NCBI GenBank assembly: GCA_964349135.1
Contig: CAYGFK010000005.1
Location: forward strand, 1 to 57,895
Length of the DNA: 57,895 nt
From: an uncultured Candidatus Saccharibacteria bacterium
GTDB lineage: Bacteria; Patescibacteriota; Minisyncoccia; Phycocordibacterales; DSPV01
Direction of reading: 5' to 3'
Position 1 is the stretch's first letter; each line of letters starts with the position of its first letter. This document shows, piece by piece, positions 53,664-57,895 of the stretch. A program made the position numbers and the translations under genes. The notes beneath the pieces are model-generated. The model was not told the origin of the DNA. It saw nothing but the letters and a program-made list of their open reading frames with translations, and did no database searches.

Positions 53664-54626
53664 ATGAGAGATTTTTGGAAACAACTCAAGAAACCCTTTT
53701 TTGTGCTTGCGCCAATGGCGGACGTAACCGACTCCGTATTCCGGGAGATTATTGCAAAGTATGGGAAGCCACACGTCTTTGTCACCGAGTTTACCTCTGC
53801 CGATGGGCTTATGAGCGCCGGAAGGGAGAAGCTTATGCATAATCTTCGTTTTACTCAGGGTGAACGTCCTATCATCGCTCAGTTTTTTAGTGCAAAACCT
53901 GAACAGATAAAAGGGGCATCAGCACTTGCGCGCGAACGTGGGTTCGACGGTGTTGATATCAATATGGGATGCCCTGACCGCGCCGTGGTGAAGCAGGGTG
54001 CCGGAGGTGCGCTCATCAGGACGCCGAAACTTGCGCGCGAGCTTATTCGCGCAGCGAAAGAAGGCGCGGTTGATATACCTGTTTCGGTGAAGACGCGTCT
54101 CGGTTTCAATAAAGATACGCTTGAAGAGTGGCTCCCCGAACTTCTGGCGGAGCATCCCGCTGTTGTTACTATTCATGCGCGAACGGTCAAAGAACTTTCA
54201 AAAGTCCCGGCTCGTTGGGAACGCATTCGTGATGCGGTCGCTATTCGCGACTCACTAGGAAGTGAGACGCTTATTGTGGGGAATGGCGATGTCGCCAATC
54301 TTGCAGATGCGCGTCGCAAGGCAGAAGAGACGGGGGCAGACGGTGTAATGCTTGGTCGCGCTATCTTTGGAAACCCGTGGCTATTTTCTGAGTCAGGGAA
54401 TGCGCCAAATGAGCATGAAAAGCTCCGCGTGCTCGTAGAACACGCAAATCTTTTCGAGACTTATTTTAAAGATATCAAAAGTTTCGCGGTGATGAAGAAG
54501 CATTTTAAGGCGTACGTAAACGGGTTTGATGGCGCTCGGGATTTGCGCATCGTACTGATGGAAGGGGATGATACGGCGGAATCCGTGCGTCGGAAGATAC
54601 ATGAATTTCTTGACAGCAGAAAATAA
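53664..54626 (+). CDS. dus: tRNA-dihydrouridine synthase (DusB-like)
   Basis: LAPMADVTD, DINMGCP, PVSVKTRLG, TIHART, GNGDV and GVMLGRA. Confidence 0.93.
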   Translation: MRDFWKQLKKPFFVLAPMADVTDSVFREIIAKYGKPHVFVTEFTSADGLMSAGREKLMHNLRFTQGERPIIAQFFSAKPEQIKGASALARERGFDGVDINMGCPDRAVVKQGAGGALIRTPKLARELIRAAKEGAVDIPVSVKTRLGFNKDTLEEWLPELLAEHPAVVTIHARTVKELSKVPARWERIRDAVAIRDSLGSETLIVGNGDVANLADARRKAEETGADGVMLGRAIFGNPWLFSESGNAPNEHEKLRVLVEHANLFETYFKDIKSFAVMKKHFKAYVNGFDGARDLRIVLMEGDDTAESVRRKIHEFLDSRK

Positions 54627-54776
54627 GACTGGTAATCTCTTTAACTAGGCAACCTGCTCGACCGCGGGTTGAGAACCGCAGTTAACGCTAACGCTTGTAG
54701 CTATGACTGCAATCACATCTGGCCTTGTGCGCCTCGGGACGTAGGATCCCGCCAGGTTCCACATACGGTCAATGCT

Positions 54777-54819
54777 GGAGAGGAAGGGTTCCCCATTTCA
54801 TATCCTTCCTCTCCTTTTT
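54777..54819 (+). terminator. Terminator-like hairpin
   Basis: GGAGAGGAAGG (54777-54787) pairs with CCTTCCTCTCC (54804-54814), followed by TTTTT. Confidence 0.65.
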
Positions 54820-54944
54820 GTTTCCTGCAATTCGTTTTTTTCTTCACTTTGTTCATCTTATTTCTATACACTTTATTTCTGTAAATATAATTGGTCATTT
54901 CTATAATATAGAGTTGGCACTTATTCACCTATTCATCTACTCAT

Positions 54945-54994
54945 TCCCCATATGTCTTTAACAACGCTATAGCGTTGTTAAAGACATATGGGGA
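54945..54994. repeat. Perfect 50-bp palindrome with no spacer
   Basis: TCCCCATATGTCTTTAACAACGCTA|TAGCGTTGTTAAAGACATATGGGGA equals its own reverse complement. Confidence 0.95.
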
Positions 54995-55086
54995 GTTACA
55001 GCCTGTTTAGTAGCTTCTCGTACCTTTATATAGAGGCAAATCTTTCTTCCGTGATTTCTTTTATATGGGAATGGTATACTACTGCC

Positions 55087-56127
55087 ATGAAAAATGCCGA
55101 GACGGCGCTTTACCGGAAATATCGACCCCAGAAGTTTTCTGAAGTCTTGGGGCAGGAGCATGTTACAAAGGTGCTTGAAGGGGCCATCTCGCTTGGCCGT
55201 GTTTCGCATGCCTATTTGTTTGCGGGCTCTCGGGGGACGGGTAAAACCAGCGTTGCGCGTATTCTTGCGCGTTCGATTGGTACCACCTCAAATGACGTGT
55301 ATGAGATAGATGCGGCGTCAAATACCGGCGTCGATGACATTCGTACGCTCAATGAATCTGTTTCGGTTCTCCCACTCGAATCTGATTACAAAGTCTACAT
55401 TATAGATGAGGTGCACATGCTCTCGAAATCGGCGTTCAATGCGCTTCTGAAAACACTCGAAGAACCGCCACGACACGTCATTTTTATACTGGCGACCACG
55501 GAAATGGAAAAGCTCCCGGATACCGTTGTATCACGCTGTCAGACGTTTTCGTTTCGTCGACCAACGCAGGACACACTTTCAGGTGTGGTAATGCAGGCGG
55601 TAAAGAAAGAAGGATTTTCGCTAGAGAAACCTAGTGCGGACCTTATCGCACTGTTGGCGGACGGTAGTTTCCGCGATGCGCTCGGTATTCTTCAGAAAGT
55701 CATTAGTTCATCGGGCGATAAAAAGATTTCTGTCGAAGAGGTAGAAATTGTCACCGGTTCTCCTCGTGGAGAGTCTATCAACCGCATCATTTCCGCTATT
55801 GAGACAGGGAAGACTGAAGAGGCGTTAGGTGTGCTTGAAGGTGTACGAAAGGAGAACGTTGATATGCGTGTGCTTGCAAAACTGCTTTTGCGAAAACTTC
55901 GCTTCATTCTACTACTTCGTCACGCACCTCGTCTCAAGGAGATGATTGGGAACGAACTATCAGCAGAAGATTTCGCCTTCGTATCTGCGCGCGCGGGCGA
56001 CCCCAATTCACGTATTAGTGAAGAGACACTCATCGAATTTCTTGATGCCTATGAAAAAACAGCTCGGGCGTATATTCCCGAACTACCTCTTGAGCTTGCG
56101 TTCATTAAATTACTTTCAAAAGCTTAG
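55087..56127 (+). CDS. dnaX: DNA polymerase III subunit gamma/tau (short form)
   Basis: ALYRKYRPQ.F.EV.GQEHV, GSRGTGKTS, IDEVHML, NALLKTLEEPP and SRC. No Zn module and no C-terminal tau domains. Confidence 0.95.
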   Translation: MKNAETALYRKYRPQKFSEVLGQEHVTKVLEGAISLGRVSHAYLFAGSRGTGKTSVARILARSIGTTSNDVYEIDAASNTGVDDIRTLNESVSVLPLESDYKVYIIDEVHMLSKSAFNALLKTLEEPPRHVIFILATTEMEKLPDTVVSRCQTFSFRRPTQDTLSGVVMQAVKKEGFSLEKPSADLIALLADGSFRDALGILQKVISSSGDKKISVEEVEIVTGSPRGESINRIISAIETGKTEEALGVLEGVRKENVDMRVLAKLLLRKLRFILLLRHAPRLKEMIGNELSAEDFAFVSARAGDPNSRISEETLIEFLDAYEKTARAYIPELPLELAFIKLLSKA

Positions 56128-56792
56128 ATTCCTTCAGCGCGGAGAATGGTGAGTATCGTCTGGAGACAGACGACAGCATCGTAGAGGACGATGAAGGGTC
56201 CTGAATGAGTTTTGCAGAAATGCGCGTAGTCCATATCGGTTTGTTCCTGATTCAGTCCGTATTTGACGGATTTATGCGATTGGAATCGCCCCGTGAGGCC
56301 CGCTTTGAGAATACGTTTCGCATGGAGTCCTCCCTCGATACTATTTTTGTATTCGACGGGGTTAGTCGGACGCGGGCCAACGAGCGTCATGCGACCGATA
56401 AGTACAAGAAAAAGTTGCGGGAACTCATCAAGGTATACTTGCCGTAAGGCCAAACCAGTCGGTGTGAAATTTCGAAAATCTTGCTCAAGTTCTTTTGTAT
56501 GGATAGTGCCGTTTTTTCGTGCATTCGAAATGCTAGAGAGTTTAAAGGTGCGTAATTTATAGAACGTGAATGGTTCTCCTTGCGAAATACGGGTTTCTGT
56601 ATAGAGGAGTGGTCCCCGTGTTGATGGCATGAATAGGCGCTCTAGGAGAATAGCGATGAGGAAGAGTGTTATGACAGGGGAGAGCGCTACAATAATGCTT
56701 GCGCTCGCGATAACGTCAAACGCCCTTTTCCAGGGCGAGAGAGGGATAATCTCTAGTTGTTCGGCCATAAGGGTATGAAGTGATAGTGGCAT
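56124..56792 (-). CDS. Sugar transferase (Bac_transf/phosphoglycosyltransferase family)
   Basis: KRAFDV, YKLRTF, LDEFPQLF.VL.GRMTLVGPRP. Exact start uncertain. Confidence 0.88.
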   Translation of the reverse strand: MPLSLHTLMAEQLEIIPLSPWKRAFDVIASASIIVALSPVITLFLIAILLERLFMPSTRGPLLYTETRISQGEPFTFYKLRTFKLSSISNARKNGTIHTKELEQDFRNFTPTGLALRQVYLDEFPQLFLVLIGRMTLVGPRPTNPVEYKNSIEGGLHAKRILKAGLTGRFQSHKSVKYGLNQEQTDMDYAHFCKTHSGPFIVLYDAVVCLQTILTILRAEGI

Positions 56793-56820
56793 TTTTTTCT
56801 CGATACCGCAATCGAGCAAA

Positions 56821-56860
56821 GAAAAAGCCGTTCATTCGCGATGGCGAATGAACGGCTTTT
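56821..56860 (-). terminator. Intrinsic terminator
   Basis: AAAAGCCGTTCATTCGC-gatg-GCGAATGAACGGCTTTT. Confidence 0.8.
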
Positions 56861-56871
56861 GATGCGACCGG

Positions 56872-57201
56872 TTACGGCGCTATGAGGGCCAGAACGGCGA
56901 CGACGAGAAACGATAGCCCCATAAATATAATCATCCCGGTGATGAGTATTCTGAGCGGGTGCCCGCGCTCTTCTTTTTCAACGGTGTGCCTGTGGATTAT
57001 GGCTCGGTCCAATCGAGCGGCATGTTCTTTGTTCCAGCTTAGTTGAGACACACGCACGGCCTCGTCGTAGTCCTTTCTTGCCCGTTCAACTTCTTGGAGG
57101 GCACTAGGTCTTGATTTGATGAAGAAACGGAGTTGTTTGGTTCCAAAGAAGATAGCGGCTCCACCGAAGAGGCCGAGTATAATGGCAGATATAGGGTCCA
57201 T
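56872..57201 (-). CDS. Hypothetical two-TM protein
   Basis: TM, helical linker, TM. Bounded by terminators on both sides. Confidence 0.65.
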   Translation of the reverse strand: MDPISAIILGLFGGAAIFFGTKQLRFFIKSRPSALQEVERARKDYDEAVRVSQLSWNKEHAARLDRAIIHRHTVEKEERGHPLRILITGMIIFMGLSFLVVAVLALIAP

Positions 57202-57280
57202 AACGTTCCTTTTGTTGAGGTTCAATTCGGACTCACACTACAATATCATCGCAAATAGTCAAGACCTTGTGTTGGAAAAG

Positions 57281-57318
57281 AAAAAACCGTCCGTTCGTTG
57301 AGGCGAATGGACGGTTTT
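57281..57318 (-). terminator. Intrinsic terminator
   Basis: AAAACCGTCCGTTCG-ttgagg-CGAATGGACGGTTTT. Confidence 0.75.
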
Positions 57319-57323
57319 AAAGT

Positions 57324-57893
57324 TTATTTCAGGAGCGCATTGAGCTTCGCGCGTGTTTTAGGCCCAATGAGTCCGTAGGCGTTCGGGTCGGATGTCAGGT
57401 TGTAGTGCTTCTGGAACTCTGTTACTGCCCGTTTGGTCGCCGGTCCGAAATAATTTGTTTCTTTTCCTGCTGAACCGGAGCCAGTCGTTGAGACGGTGAA
57501 GCCGAGTCGGTTGAGGAGCTGTTGGAGTATTTTTACTTCAGGATGCGAGATGCCGGGATAAAGAGGGACGGTAAAGCTTCCTGAAATCGAGACGGTCGAC
57601 GTAGGTTTATTTTGCGTCTCCGCGGGTACTTCTATCGTGCCTCCGTACAGTGAAATACTCACGGCATTAATGACGTCTTGGCTTGCACCGAAGGCGCGCA
57701 AGAGATTGAGGATAGATTCGATTTGCGCATCGGAGAGCGATGAACGAGGAATTACTTTAGTTATCATACCTGACGAAGAAGTCTGGTTTATGGTTGATAC
57801 GGTTGAGGTAGAACTTGAAAGCACGATACCGCTTGTGGTACTTGCCGTTGTGTTTGTTGTAATCGGGGGGATATAGATGGCTCCGCCGCCACC
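57324..57893 (-). CDS. C-terminal part of a surface protein with a PG_binding_1 domain (5'-truncated by the window edge)
   Basis: The frame is open to the window end. Thr/Ser-rich linker, then LYPG....EVKILQQLLN...G...YFGPATKRAV..FQ...G..GPKTRAKLN. Confidence 0.85.
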   Translation of the reverse strand, partial: GGGGAIYIPPITTNTTASTTSGIVLSSSTSTVSTINQTSSSGMITKVIPRSSLSDAQIESILNLLRAFGASQDVINAVSISLYGGTIEVPAETQNKPTSTVSISGSFTVPLYPGISHPEVKILQQLLNRLGFTVSTTGSGSAGKETNYFGPATKRAVTEFQKHYNLTSDPNAYGLIGPKTRAKLNALLK

Positions 57894-57895
57894 TC

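Noticed and set aside
54669-54961. Three short overlapping ORFs (71-78 aa)
   Set aside because: Low-complexity Phe/Leu or Lys/Asn translations of a pyrimidine-biased non-coding tract, with no plausible RBS or domain.
54640-55086. Replication origin at the dus-dnaX intergenic region
   Set aside because: It is AT-rich and has a palindrome, but I found no cluster of TTATCCACA-like DnaA boxes and dnaA is not nearby.
7910-57876. Numerous 60-200 aa antisense or off-frame ORFs inside housekeeping genes (for example 9403-9927, 23909-24499, 52698-53225)
   Set aside because: Shadow ORFs fully contained in well-supported genes, with no recognisable motifs.
1-57895. Alternative genetic code (UGA = Gly, code 25)
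   Set aside because: Conserved genes are full length under code 11, and several end at TGA exactly where the next feature begins.

Overview
A 57.9-kb chromosomal window from a reduced-genome bacterium, most likely Patescibacteria/CPR (Parcubacteria-like). That assignment is inferred from the short IF-2 and DnaX, the bS21-like protein, the array of TrbC/VirB2-type pilins, the membrane-anchored Clp ATPase and the terse intergenic regions. Genetic code 11 fits, since TGA is used as a stop. Positions 1-4.6 kb form an AT-rich defence island: Mrr, a candidate PD-(D/E)xK endonuclease, a LexA-C5-methyltransferase fusion, and a divergent 3-TM + ThsB-like TIR pair. The rest is mostly housekeeping: trxB, ftsZ/ftsA, ybeY, rpsU, a degenerate hisS paralogue, lepB, pth, S1, gyrA, rbfA/infB, iscS, clpB, udg, alr, rpmG, rarA, miaA, parB, topA, dprA, serS, ftsQ-like, dus and dnaX, plus 8 tRNAs. 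Three non-coding results stand out. (i) A family of structured ~55-90 nt cassettes occurs at five loci (tRNA-Val, -Cys, -Tyr, -Leu(CAA) and the 3' end of topA). Each is flanked by an inverted copy and a direct copy of its own local target sequence, joined at TCG|cassette|CGA. (ii) Two apparently complete ribosome-mediated attenuators are present: a Phe/Trp leader before a DAHP synthase and an Ile leader before an uncharacterised 117-aa gene. (iii) A perfect 50-bp palindrome lies upstream of dnaX. I found no CRISPR array, rRNA or transposase/integrase. All calls were made by eye with no database searches.
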